DNA of 61,254 nt, taken from Conidiobolus incongruus B7586. Lineage: Eukaryota. The stretch lies in contig JNEM01012695.1 in NCBI GenBank assembly GCA_000697335.1, positions 1 to 61,254 of the forward strand, written 5' to 3'. The position numbers and the translations under genes were made by a program. Positions 1-12,731 of this stretch are shown here, piece by piece; the first letter of the stretch is position 1; every line of letters starts with the position of its first letter. The notes under the pieces were generated by a model. That model ran no database searches. It saw nothing but the letters and a program-made list of their open reading frames with translations, and was not told where the DNA came from.

Positions 1-1422
1 ATAATATCTTAAGTTAATTTACTTTTTTTTAAATTTATTAATATATAAATAAATTTTTTTAAAAAGGGATTTAAATATAATAATGTTAATAAAAAAATTT
101 AATATATCTATAAAATATTATATAAAATAATAGAAAAGAGAAAATAAAAATATAATTATATATTGTTAAATATATCCTTTTATTTTAAAAACCTGTAAAT
201 TTATAACTTAATTTAGTTAAATATTAAAGATTAATATTTTTGCTAATAGTTTACTAAATATATATAAATATATTTATTTATTATCAAATAATACATTTTA
301 ATTATATATTATAGTTTCAAGTAATTTAATATATATAATTGTTTTAGTTATTAATAAAAATATTTATATATTTGATTTTATTACTTATTTTTATAGGTTA
401 ATATAAAATTAAAATTAAAATTTTAAAATAAAAATATTTTAATAAAAATATAATTATAAATGAATAAATGATTAAGGCTCAAAATTATTAGTTTACTTAT
501 ATATTTTATATATTTAATTTTTTTTAAAGATAATAATATATTTGAAAAATCAGAAATAAAAAATTTCCTATTACTTTAAATTCAAGGTAATATTAAATAA
601 TGCTTCAATTGGGTAGTGGTAGTGAATTGAGTAGATTGAGCATTGTAACAACTAAAGTAAAGATGATTTTAAATGATATAAATTATATTATACTTGTATT
701 AAAGCAGAATATTTCTATGAATAAATAATTCATTCAAATGAGATAAGTCCAGTATATAATGTGAACCAACAGGTTATTCAACTCTACCAAAATTAGGGCC
801 AATTCCAAGAACTCAATCTGTTTGATTTTGACAGAGACTTATTCGAAGGAATTAAGTTTGATTACACTTTAGTAGCTAACCGAATTTATAAAATCAATCT
901 TTTTTCTCTGTTTTTGCAAGTAGTTATCCAATTCTCCAGCTTCAAAACTGAGATATTTGTGAATTTGGAACCCAGGGATCTTCAGCTCATTGATGGATAC
1001 ATTAAACCAAGCTTCACGGTTTTTCAGTTGTAAAAATATTTAAAGCCCAATATCCATCACCATATAATACTTCGAGTTCACGTTATAATTTATTTAAGCT
1101 TTAAAAAGTTATCAAAACATAACTTAATAATATTGCGAATTATATATATATAGACTAAATTCATTTGAATTGAAAATTTGACTATAAAAATGGACTTTGA
1201 ATATGGGGTAATTTGCTGGTATTTAATATTGACCAAATTAAGAAATTGAGGTGTATATATTAATTCATCAAATAAACTAATGACATCAAAATTGATCAGA
1301 AATTAATCAAAATAATGAATTAGTAGAACCCATAATGATCCAGGTATTCATTATAGAGATATATATAGAATAAACCAGTCAGCGTATATTTAATAATATT
1401 GAATATTACTTAATTATAACAA

Positions 1423-2822
1423 ATGGGAGCTGAACAATCAACCCCCCAAGAACCTTCAACCGATTATCCTTTAGACCAAATTTATGGTTTCCATGTATTA
1501 AAAGTAAATAAAAATCACAAATTTAAAATATTTTCGAAAATTAAAATACTTTTAGATTAAACCCAACTCACCTATTGCAGTTGCAGGTCTCCAATCTTAC
1601 TTTGACTTTATCGTTGCTGTGAACGGTTCTGATAAGATTGAAACACTTGAAGAATTTGCTAGCTATATCTCTCAGTTTTTGAACCAGGAAGTCACATTAA
1701 CTGTTTTTTCAACTAAATATAATAATGTTAGAGGTAATTATTATTCAATATATCAAATTTGTAACTTAAAATTATTCACTTATTTTAGAACTGACTTTAA
1801 GACCCAACACCAACTGGAGTTCCAATCCAAAAGATGGTATGTTAGGATGTAGTGTCCGTTATTCATCTATTGCCAAAGGTCTTGAAAATGTATGGCATAT
1901 TTTGGAAATTCAACCAAGATCTCCTGCTGAACGTGCTGGACTTCAACCTTACACTGATTATGTCGTAGGTTGTGACGCTCAAACTATGGAAGAAGAAAAT
2001 GACTTCTACGACCTTATCGCTGCTCATGATGGTAAAGTATTATCTTTATTAGTTTATAATACGGAATGGGACAACTGCAGAGAGGTCATTTTAATTCCAA
2101 AAACTGGATGGGGAGGTCAAGGATCTTTGGGCTGTGGTGTAGGGTATGGCCTTTTGCATCGTGTTCCTGGTAGGCAGACCCAAGAAGCACAACAAAGCCA
2201 ACAAGCACCTGAAAAAACAATTTCGCCCAATTTATTTGCTCCACCAGCTCCTGTTCCCGGACATCAACCCCAACCTCAAACTCAACCCCCTGTTAGAACT
2301 GCTGTTCCTCCTAACCCCATTCCAGCCCCTCAACCCGTTCCCACTTCTGTAGATAATATTGAACACTTTCCTGCAACCCAACCTACATCTGCTGTGCCTC
2401 CACCAGCTACTAACAATGATGCTCCATTATATGCTCCTCCACAAGCTGAACCCACTAAAACTGAAGAAACAAAGGAGACTACAGCCTCCCTTGCTAGCCC
2501 AGTCCCTCAACAAGCTCCTCCAGTTGATGAAGTTCAGCCTCCCTCAGCTTTATCTGAAACACCCCCCGCCACAATCACTCAATCTGAACCCGGGGCCCAA
2601 CCTACTCCAGAAACTTCAACTGAATCTGCCACATCTGCCCCTGTTGAAGAACCCACTGCCACTGAACCAGCTGACCCTGTAGAAGCTTTTTTATCAGATT
2701 TAGATGCTCTTAATATCAGAACCAGTTCAGAATTCGTAGCTGAAGATAATGAACCCCTTAAGGGTGAGTCCATTACAACAATTAACCTTGACTCTCCAGC
2801 TCCTGAAGCCAACCAATCCTGA
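1423..2822 (+). CDS. GRH1: GRASP55/65 Golgi reassembly stacking protein (tandem PDZ-like GRASP domain plus Pro/Thr/Glu-rich tail), ~430 aa
   Basis: Exons 1423-1503, 1556-1733, 1789-2822 with GT-AG introns keep frame. Protein reads MGAEQS...YGFHVLKIKPNSPIAVAGLQSYFDFIV...GMLGCSVR...VWHILEIQPRSPAERAGLQPYTDYVVG...WGGQGSLGCGVGYGLLHRVP, the GRASP signature. Confidence 0.93.
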
Positions 2823-3565
2823 AATATATTAATTCATTATAATTAGCTGTTTTACTGAATATATACTATGTGTGTTCATATATATATCAACATCTCATTA
2901 ATAAAAGTTATAATATGATATCATTAAATCAAATAGCATAAATCTTTTAATTTCAAATTTGAAGGAAGTTCGATTAATCATAGTATTTGAAAAGCAAGAC
3001 AAATGGGATTGATATTCATTATGATTAATTATGATTACAATTTAATGTTATAACTATTTAAGCTAGGATGATTAAAATCAGAAAAATATTGTTATAAAAT
3101 TTGTTTAAGCAATTGATGGTCACTCATCTAAATTGATAATTTCTTTTATAAACGTCAATATAATATATACTTAATATGCTAATACTATTCATGATTAATG
3201 CATCTTAGTTTTATTTAAATTTGAATTTTAATGATGCAAACTTTTGAAATACTAATTTGTAATTATAATCACGTTGAGTTATATCTAGTTATAATATATT
3301 CTGCCACTAATTATTCATATTCCTATTATGATTAAGAGGAAATGATTATTTCAAAAAGCATGTTAATACTGACACTTATTTAAGCGCTAATATAATCTAT
3401 AATACTAAATTTAGGAATTCTAAAAAAATAATATTGAAATGAGTATAAATTAGGATCTATTGTAAATGCCAATGCTATCCATTATTAAAACATGAAAATC
3501 AATATCATAATTATTTTTTTTTATTTAAAAAAATTTAATTTTTGAGTTAATAAGGATTTATCAAA

Positions 3566-3988
3566 CTATTTGGAAGCTTCAGCAGCTACAGGTTGATTAG
3601 ATTTATCAATTAAATTAGGTTGAAGAACTTCGGTAGGCACAGATTCACCTCTCTTAATAGCATCAGCTTCTAACTTCTTACGGTGAGCCAATTGACGGTT
3701 TTCTTCAGATTTAATAGCTTTAGCACGAGCAATCTATTACCGAATTTAATAACAATTCAATAATATTTAAAAATAATTAATAATTACTTCTTTAGTATGA
3801 TGTAAACATTCCAAATAATCATCTAAAAAAGGTTTACACTCGACAGAGTTGTCAGAAGTAATGTAACATTTTTGAACTTCTTGCCAAAAGGGGAAACAAC
3901 GGTTACGTCCTAATTACAAATTAAATTAAATTGCATACTAAATATTTATAAAAATTTTACCTCCGTTTAAACCGAAACCTGAAGCCAT
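3566..3988 (-). CDS. NDUFS5: NADH:ubiquinone oxidoreductase 15-kDa subunit (NDUFS5/NIPM), ~105 aa
   Basis: Not in the ORF track. Exons 3988-3961, 3909-3788, 3733-3566 give MASGFGLNGGRNRCFPFWQEVQKCYITSDNSVECKPFLDDYLECLHHTKEIARAKAI..., with the fungal NDUFS5 N-terminus and twin CX9C motifs. Confidence 0.92.
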
Positions 3989-5729
3989 TTTGAATAATTA
4001 AATCTAAAAAAATATAATACCATTTAGTTTAGAGCAAATTCAAGTTAGAATAAAATTTTAGAAGAGAATTAGAGCACTAAATTTTTCGATATCAGATTAT
4101 TTTATGATATTATCGATCAAAAATTTGGAATATATTATAAAATAATTTTAAATTTGATAATGATGTATTATTTAATATTACTTGTATAGATTGGAAATTC
4201 GATCAATCTTATCAGTCATTTAATCAGATATCAAAATTCAACAATATAGGTCAACTGTTGTAATTAAAATTATGGGATAAATTCAATTAATTTTTTTCAT
4301 ATTATCAACAGTATTATATAATTTGAAAAATTATTAAGATATATGTATTATTAGCATTTTTAAAATTAAAATGCAATTTTTGTAATATTGTTTTATTTAT
4401 AATTAAATTTGATTAGATATTTCATACTTTTAATGATATAAATATTATTACATTATTTTATGGAAAAATAAATATAATTTTATAAAAACGTGATTGATTC
4501 TGATATTTAACAATTATTTTTATCCTATAAAATATTATTACTTTCATAACAACTTGAATAACTAAAATCTGAATATCATTTTATTATATATATATATATT
4601 AGTAACTGGATTATTTTTGGTTAAAACTGCAAACATTTATATGTATAATCAAAATTTCATTAACCACGATATTTTCTATTTTTAAATATTATTTTGGTTC
4701 AATACAATTATTTGATAAAATTTATGCTATTATTATAAGTTATTAATATACCCTTAATATATTAATAAACAATTGTAAATAAATTTCAGTTTGTGGCATT
4801 GGCTATATACTACTGTATTTTTGGTTATTTATTTAGTATTGGTCAATATAGATTGAAAATAAATATTTCACAATGAAATAAGAAAATTCATAATTTTACT
4901 AATTTAAAATTATTCAATCTTTGAATGAATAAACTGATTTTATGTTGAATTTCAGTTGTAATTGGGTTCTTAGTGATCAAATAACAAAATATTCAACTTT
5001 GCAATGATGAAGCAAAATCTTGTTAAAATGAATGTTTACTAATATTCATATTTAGATAGTATAATGTTCATAAATTTTATAATTATTCTTGATTCAATAC
5101 TAAGTATATATAATTAATCTTTTAATCTTGACTTGACATAGGTTCAAACTTTCAATACATTTTATGTTGTTATGTATTTTTCAATCTTTGATAATAACTG
5201 AACAATAATCCAACAACTTTAGAAATCAATTTTTTAAATCTATTAAATTTATTTGAACTGGCAATCATTTCAATTTATAAATATATTTATGGGAGAATAG
5301 GATTTTACTAGACTATAAGATTAATAATCTTCCGTCATATAAATACATTTAATTGTATTCAAGCTTTATTCAATTATATATTCATGATTATTTTTATAGT
5401 TCTATTCAGGTTATAGTACCAATATAAAATATCAAATCGATAAAATCTATAATTAGTATCCTTCTGGATTCATAATTGAATTTTCAATTTTGAGCCATTT
5501 TTGAGATTTTTATTCATAATAAAACTATATCAATGATTTAAGAACGATGTTTTTTGATTCAATTTGAAACAGTTATATATGAATATATAAAAGAGTTAAC
5601 ATAAAAATAGTATATTAAAATTAACGCATATGCTTTTTAAATAATATTATATTGTTAAATAATTTAATAATGATTAATAATATAACAATTGATGATAAAC
5701 ATAAATTTATATTTAAATATTTTGTTTCA

Positions 5730-6385
5730 GGCATTCCAGCTAGGTTATTTCTAATTGAAATGCTATTTAATCAATTTTGTGGGAGACAAAAAATCCATTC
5801 AGACCAAGGTATATTCAGCTACTAGCTTTGGATTACTCAGCTCTATCATTCTCCACTCTTTGTTCCAAACAGAGGTCGAATATTATTATATCTATATTAA
5901 ATTAGTGGATACAGTTGTTTCTGGTGTGGTACTTGGATACTTTTGGATTTTGGTTCAGAATTCTTATTTAATATTGTCAAAAAGAGATATTTTATTAATT
6001 GTATTATACCTTTACCTCTTATTAAATTTGGCTATATTTATCATATATTAATGATCACTTGATATTTTGGAATTAATGGCACTTTTAATATGAAATATGT
6101 GACTATCACTATGTTGTTTTTCCATACAGCTGTTGACCTATTAGCGAATTTGGTGTGCTTTAGACAATTTTATAAATATAAATTGGATATTATCATGGGG
6201 GAGATATTGACACAGTATATGGTGGGGATTATTATAGTGTTTTTGATTTAACATTTTCTCTTATACACATTTTTATTGATTGTCATTCGACGTTTTGGTG
6301 TTGTGTGTATTATCATATTTCTTGGATTGAATAGAGTACTTGTTTTATATCGTTTGAAGAATCAAGTAATATTGTTTATATAACA
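5730..6385 (+). pseudogene. Decayed multi-pass (7TM-like) membrane protein gene
   Basis: The hydrophobic ORF 5755-6051 continues after a frameshift as YFGINGTFNMKYVTITMLFFHTAVDLLANLVCFRQFYKYKLDIIMGEILTQYMVGIIIVFLI* and further hydrophobic segments. It has several stops and shifts and no clear start. Confidence 0.5.
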
Positions 6386-7827
6386 GTAGAATGCTTGGTA
6401 AAAATATCCGATTTTAATGATGCTTAGAATCACCAATATAAACCATTTAAATTAGATTGCTATTATTTAATAACAATTTGTAAATTTAATGAAATATGAA
6501 ATAATTATAATAGATTATGGCCAATTTAGAAATAATTTAAGTATTTTGAATTTATATAAAAATATTAATTTGAACCATAGATCGAGCCAATAACAATCTA
6601 ATATAAATTTTGAAATATTACCATTTTATATATCCCAAACCTACTTAGACCGAGTTATAAAAAATATTTTCAATTTTTTAAATAACCTCAGAATCATTTC
6701 ATGTATTTCACATTATATAAATATTAACATTAGAAACTGATTGATTTAATACCGACTCTAAAAAACAAAAGAAATAATTCTATCATGATGAATGTAATTA
6801 ATATAAATAAGGATAAAATTATAGTGTATGGATACATTAATCCTGATTAATATCTAAAATTGCTTAAAATTACAAACTTGATGATTGCAAGTATAAAGAC
6901 TAAAATAAGATTGTAAAAAGCTTTACAAATATTCGAACTAATTTATAGTTATCTAATTATTGTACAATTAAAATCCAAATCAATAATTTATACAAATTGT
7001 ATGAATGTAATATTTTCTATAGATAATTCGGGTTCTGCGGTCCTAGACCATGAGAATGCAAGATATCTATATTCCTGAATTAATATTGACGTTATTTATA
7101 AAAACCCTATCTTATTCTATATATAATATTAATTCTATTTTATTGAATAAGCATAAATAAATAATAAAATGATTTAAAATCATTGAAGATATTGTTTCAA
7201 AATTGAAAATACAATTGGCAAAATAGTGTTATGAAATCAAAATAATTTGATATTTATTCTTGCCAACCCTGTAAAAATTTACTTTGATATCTTTTTAGTG
7301 TTTGAAAAATCTAAAACAATTTGAAATTCTCTACTAGAAAAATACCACTTTAGCTGTCATTCAAATGATGAAAATGGATATAGAGGGTTCTTAAGATTAT
7401 TTTGGTATGTGGAGCCAGTGTAACATTCATAATGTTGTTCAACTATCGTGTATACTTTACCATTTTGGATTTGAAATAGCGCAATTTTTTGAAATCATTT
7501 TATCCTTGGGATTAGTTTTGTACGAAACAATATAAGTTAGTATGCTCTTGATGGGTTGGGAATCCCTTAACAATTATTCAAAACTTGTATTTGTACTTTT
7601 AGAATTTTCTAGGTTTATATCTTGAAGTTGTTATTTCTTATATTACTGAGACAGTGTAGTATTTTTATACCTTGAAAGTTATATTTGGGTACTTGGTTTT
7701 ATGTATCATTATCAAACCTTGTAGGAACATACAAGTGATATGTATATTATATAGATTATTCTGTATTTCCTGTTGATTGTAAGCAACTGGGTTATCTAGT
7801 CGATTTTATAATGATTATTTTACTTGC

Positions 7828-7858
7828 AATAATTGAATAATTGAATAATTGAATAATT
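7828..7858. repeat. Short tandem repeat (AATAATTG) x ~4
   Basis: aataattgaataattgaataattgaataatt read directly. Confidence 0.8.
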
Positions 7859-9008
7859 TTTATATATTTAGAAGATTGTTTATGAGTGGAAATTATATTA
7901 ATCAGCATTTTAAACATATTTGTTAAAAAAGACTGAGTTTGGTATTGGTAATTAACTTCGTACTTGACTTAAAGATAATGAGCTTAGATATTAGTAATAA
8001 TCAAAGCTTCAGCTATTTGCTTTGAGGTATCAATTACCCAATTAAAATTCAAAATCAAACCATTTGCTTGGTAAAAATTAAAAAATGTATTAATCTTCTG
8101 AAAAACTTGAAAACAATACTCGAAATTCATCACAGTATATCTAATTTATAGAGTATTTGTTATAATAAAAACTATAATTTATGTCATTATGAAATAGTAA
8201 TATTGATATTATATTGTTTAATTTTGCACCAATAAATTTCCAAATTTTACTAGTTTATAATAAATTTCATAGATTCATTGATAATTTAATTATTATATAT
8301 ATTTACTAAATAGAATATAGAATTGTAATATATAGTGCGACTTTGATACTGTTTTATGGTAGAACTAGTATAGTATATAATCATTGGTAAATGAAGTTAT
8401 ATCATAATTATATTATATATATATAATATTTCTTGGTTCCTCAACTTGAAAAATTTCAAATTTTAATTTACACAAACAATCAATAATGTAATTGAATAAA
8501 TGTTGTCTAACGCTGTTACTATAGAGTATATTAATACATTTATATAAATGAGGGTAAATCTTTGAAACATAACTACAGCCAAAATACTACCAAATATTTT
8601 TATTTCATAATCAATGATTATAATTCTTTCAAATTGGAGCCGATTGTATTCTACTAAATTTAAAGTTTTTATGTATGCAAATTATTTGGAATTTTTCATC
8701 TTACTCATCTGATATTTTTTTAATGTAATGATTAATAAAATTTAAATTGATGATTTAAATTATATGTTTATTGCATTTAAAACTATTATATTTAAATAAA
8801 ATTTCATTTAATACCAATATTATTTACAATTTATTTAAACATTATTTAATACCTATTTTATATCAATATTTCAATAACAAGAGTTTCCCACTTCAAATAG
8901 CTTCAAATGACTCAAAATAATGCATTCCCATAAATAGATCTAACAGCTGTCGGAACTTAAAAATAGCGTATTCTTGTAATTCAATATTATATAATAACAT
9001 TAAATAAT

Positions 9009-11232
9009 ATGACAAATAAAGAAATTAGAATTTTATTAGTTGGAGATGGTAAATGATAAATTATATATAAAGTAAATAATAGTGTATTAATTGGGATTAA
9101 GAGGGTGTGGGTAAGAGTACAATAATTTTAAGTCTTATTAAAGATGGATTTGTCAATAAGGTAATGTAACAACTTGATAATTGAAATAATAAATTAACTT
9201 GAATATAGGTTCAGCACCTTGTACCAGAAGTCACAATACCCCCAGAAGTTACTTTGGACAACGTTACTACCCATATTATTGACTCTTCATGTATATAAAT
9301 TGATAACTTCATTTTATACTTATTATTAAGTGTATTATAGCTAGAGCTGAATACAAAGAAAAATTAGATTTAGAAGTTAAAAAAGCTAACGTTATTTGTA
9401 TTGTATTCTCGCTAGCCGATAGGGATAGTTTCTTCAGAGTGGAAAACCATTGGATACCCTACTTAAGAGGTCTCCAATGCAACCAACCCGTAGTGCTCGT
9501 TGGTAACAAATTAGACCTCAATGATCAAGGACCACTATTAAACATGGAGGAAGAAATCGTGCCAATGATGCACAACTACAGTGAAATTGAAACGTGTATT
9601 CAATGTTCTGCTAAAGAATTTATCAACATGCAAGAGTTGTTCTTTGTGGCGCAGAAAACTGTATTGTATCCTACTTCCCCAATTTTCAATTTGAATGAGA
9701 GATGTTTGACCCCCAAGTGTGCTCAGGCCCTAAAGAGAATTTTTACTTTGTCAGATTTGGATAAAGATGGTATTTTAAATGATTATGAATTAAATTTGTT
9801 TCAGGTAATATTATGTATTATGTATTATGATTTGTATAATTTGTAACTAACTGTTTATTAGCAAAAACACTTTGGATCACCTTTACAATCTGATGAAATA
9901 GTTGGTATTAAATCTATTGTCAAACAGCAAGAGTCTAATGGAGTTATCAACGATGGATTGACAGAGTTAGGATTTTTGTTTTTGCATAGCCTCTTCATCC
10001 AAAAGGGCAGATTAGAAACTACTTGGAATATTTTGCACAAATTCGGTTACAACGATCAATTGGATATCGATCCTGAAAGACTCTGTCCAAGGTAATATAT
10101 CCAGTATAAATGTAAACGTTAATTTTTTTAATTTCTTTGATAGGATAGAAGTCCCAGCAGACTACACTGTTGAATTAAGTCCTTACGGTTATCAATTCCT
10201 TACCGAACTATTTCAAGTGCATGACAAGGATAAGGATGGTGCCTTGAACTCTGACGAGCTCGAAGAGTTATTCTCTCCTGCTCCTACTATCCCTTGGGGC
10301 CAAACCGATTTCCCTAATTCTACAGTCACAAACGAAGCTGGATCGGTCACACTTCAAGGCTTCTTAGCTCAATGGAGTATGTCAACATTCCAGGACTATA
10401 CTACAACCCTCAAATATCTCTTCTATCTGGGTTATGATGGAGACACTCGCGAAGCTCTCAAACTCGTGAAACCACCCAGGGCCAGGAGGGGAGCCCAGCA
10501 GAAGAATGTATTTAACTGTTACCTCATAGGAGGGCCCATGACTGGCAAAACTTCCATTCTGAACCACTTTGTTGGCAAGCATTTCAAACCAAATTACCAA
10601 CCTACTACAAAACCTCACAGTGTCGTCAACTCTGTGGAGATTCGAGGCTCTGAAAAGTACTTGATCCTGGAAGAATTTGGAAGCACTTACGAATCGGCAA
10701 TGCTCCAAAACCAGCGTAAGCTTAATCAGTGCGACGTGATTGGGTTAGTTTATGATGGTAGCGACCCCAACTCTTTCATCCACATTTCCAACCTTACAGA
10801 ACAGTACGACTTCTCATCAAAACCTCTTGTTTTAATATCAACCAAGGGCGATTTGGAACAAGTGAGACAGGTTTGCACCTATTAAAAATTTCTTTTAACC
10901 TTATCTAATTTTCATAAACAGAGATCCAGTGCGCTCCAGCCCGAAGAATTTTGCGAAACTATGAAAATCCCTCCCCCAGTGTCCATTTCCACCAAACTTG
11001 ACGATGTTCAAGATCTCTATAATATATTATTGTCGGCTGCTATCAATCCGTAAGTTTCATGCCATCGCTATGTATCATTTCTTACTAATTTTTAAGTAGA
11101 TCCAAAAAGCAATCTACAAGTTCTATTATCTATACGTTAGCCACTTACACAGCTATCACAGGTGTTTCAATTGTCGCTTGTTTCATGTTATTCAAACATT
11201 GGCGTCAGGGAGGCAGTTGGTTCAATAATTAA
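9009..11232 (+). CDS. GEM1: Mitochondrial Rho GTPase Miro (GTPase, two EF-hands, GTPase, C-terminal TM anchor), ~620 aa
   Basis: Eight exons: 9009-9048, 9102-9160, 9209-9290, 9341-9804, 9862-10091, 10144-10870, 10922-11049, 11100-11232. Motifs: P-loop GDEGVGKST, VGNKLDL, CSAK, EF-hands DLDKDGILNDYE and DKDKDGALNSDE, TLQGFLAQWSM, second P-loop GGPMTGKT, hydrophobic tail anchor. Confidence 0.96.
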
Positions 11233-11676
11233 TGAAGCTTAGTAATTTTTGATATCAATTTATATTTAACAATCATTATTAAAAATGAAATAAAACGAAT
11301 ATCCTATCGATAATTAATGAATTTGTTATATGATTATTGACATATTGCAAGTAATTAAATTGGCTGTTAAATAAACAAAAAGTTATGCTTTCGATAAATT
11401 GTTGATATTAAATTATTTTATACCAATTAACAGTAAATAATAAATACTTCAAAATTATAATTATTTATCGATTATGTTTTCTAAAATTTTTCTAAACTAT
11501 TTACACAGTTTTATTTTACAAAATTTTAATTTAAAGAATTAATTGATTTCAATTTAAGTAATTTTATTGCGATTGAAATACTAATCAATGTATCAAATCC
11601 CATAAATTAAAAATTATTAATATATCTTTATATAAATTAAATTATAACTGTCATCACTTCAAATAACAATTTAAAA

Positions 11677-12651
11677 ATGATAATTAATTATTATATAATA
11701 TTAATAATTTCAATAACTCAATCAGTGTTAGGATCAATAGGTGACAGAGATCCCAATTACTACGAATGTATTAATCAAAAATTTCCTCAGTTGTGTATTA
11801 CTGAAACTGAATACAAATCAGCTCCAGAATTCTCACTAAAACTATTTCGTTGGTCCTGTCTGGCTGATGTGAAATATAAATGTATGCATGAAATCACAAA
11901 TCAGAGAGTTATGGAAGGATTGCCAATTGTTCAGTATTATGGCAAATGGCCATTTTATAGAGTACTCGGAATGCAAGAAATCTTCTCAGTGTTGTTTAGT
12001 ATTGGCAATGGCTACGCCCATCTAGTTCATTGGAATGCCATTCGAAAGCTACCCAACAAATTCTTTTTGAATAATTATTTAAAGGGTTATAATTTGGTAG
12101 CAATTAATACTTGGGTATGGTCCACCATATTCCACTCCAGGGATGTGACGCTGACGGAACGATTAGATTACTTTTCAGCTTTGGCCAGCGTTTTGTTCGC
12201 ATGCCATTATTGCGTCTTGAGAGTCTTTCAAATTAAGAGGTGGTGGCACCAGTTGATCTTATTAGTAATTTCAGTTTCATTTTATGGTAATCACATCTAT
12301 AAACTATCTCAGCATTTTGACTACGGATACAATATGAAAGTGAATATTGCAGTTGGAGTGTTGACCAATTTGTTGTGGATTGGATGGTCCCTATACATTA
12401 AATACTTTGATCCAAGTTCCAAATCCGCAAAAACTGCTCATCCCGATCCTTGGGGCCCTGTAATGGTAGGTATTCAACTTAGTTTAGCTACGAGTTTGGA
12501 GATTTTGGATTTCCCTCCAATTCTCCGCTACCTGGATGCACATGCACTTTGGCACGGCGCCACCATTTATGTAGTAAATAGATACTACCGTTTTATGTTA
12601 TTAGATGCCGAATGGTATGCCAGAAATTACGACACCGACAAATTAATTTAA
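11677..12651 (+). CDS. PER1: Per1/PGAP3 GPI lipid-remodelling protein (CREST family), 324 aa
   Basis: Single exon with a signal peptide, SIGD..Y..C, QYYGKWPFYRVLGMQE, WSTIFHSRD..LTERLDYF, LEILDFPP and DAHALWH. Confidence 0.96.
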   Translation: MIINYYIILIISITQSVLGSIGDRDPNYYECINQKFPQLCITETEYKSAPEFSLKLFRWSCLADVKYKCMHEITNQRVMEGLPIVQYYGKWPFYRVLGMQEIFSVLFSIGNGYAHLVHWNAIRKLPNKFFLNNYLKGYNLVAINTWVWSTIFHSRDVTLTERLDYFSALASVLFACHYCVLRVFQIKRWWHQLILLVISVSFYGNHIYKLSQHFDYGYNMKVNIAVGVLTNLLWIGWSLYIKYFDPSSKSAKTAHPDPWGPVMVGIQLSLATSLEILDFPPILRYLDAHALWHGATIYVVNRYYRFMLLDAEWYARNYDTDKLI

Positions 12652-12731
12652 TTAATAAATTTTTGGAATGACATCATATTAATTTTTTTATTGAATTCTT
12701 CTATTACATAAATTTTATGATTGAATTTGAC

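Noticed and set aside
1..600. Extremely AT-rich tract as another mariner copy
   Set aside because: Only low-complexity similarity and no colinear transposase motifs.
2146..2812. Alternative-frame and antisense ORFs inside GRASP (also those inside GEM1, the kinase, the 16984 gene, CBP3, the capping enzyme, MAK5 and importin alpha)
   Set aside because: Shadow ORFs of real coding exons with no independent protein motifs.
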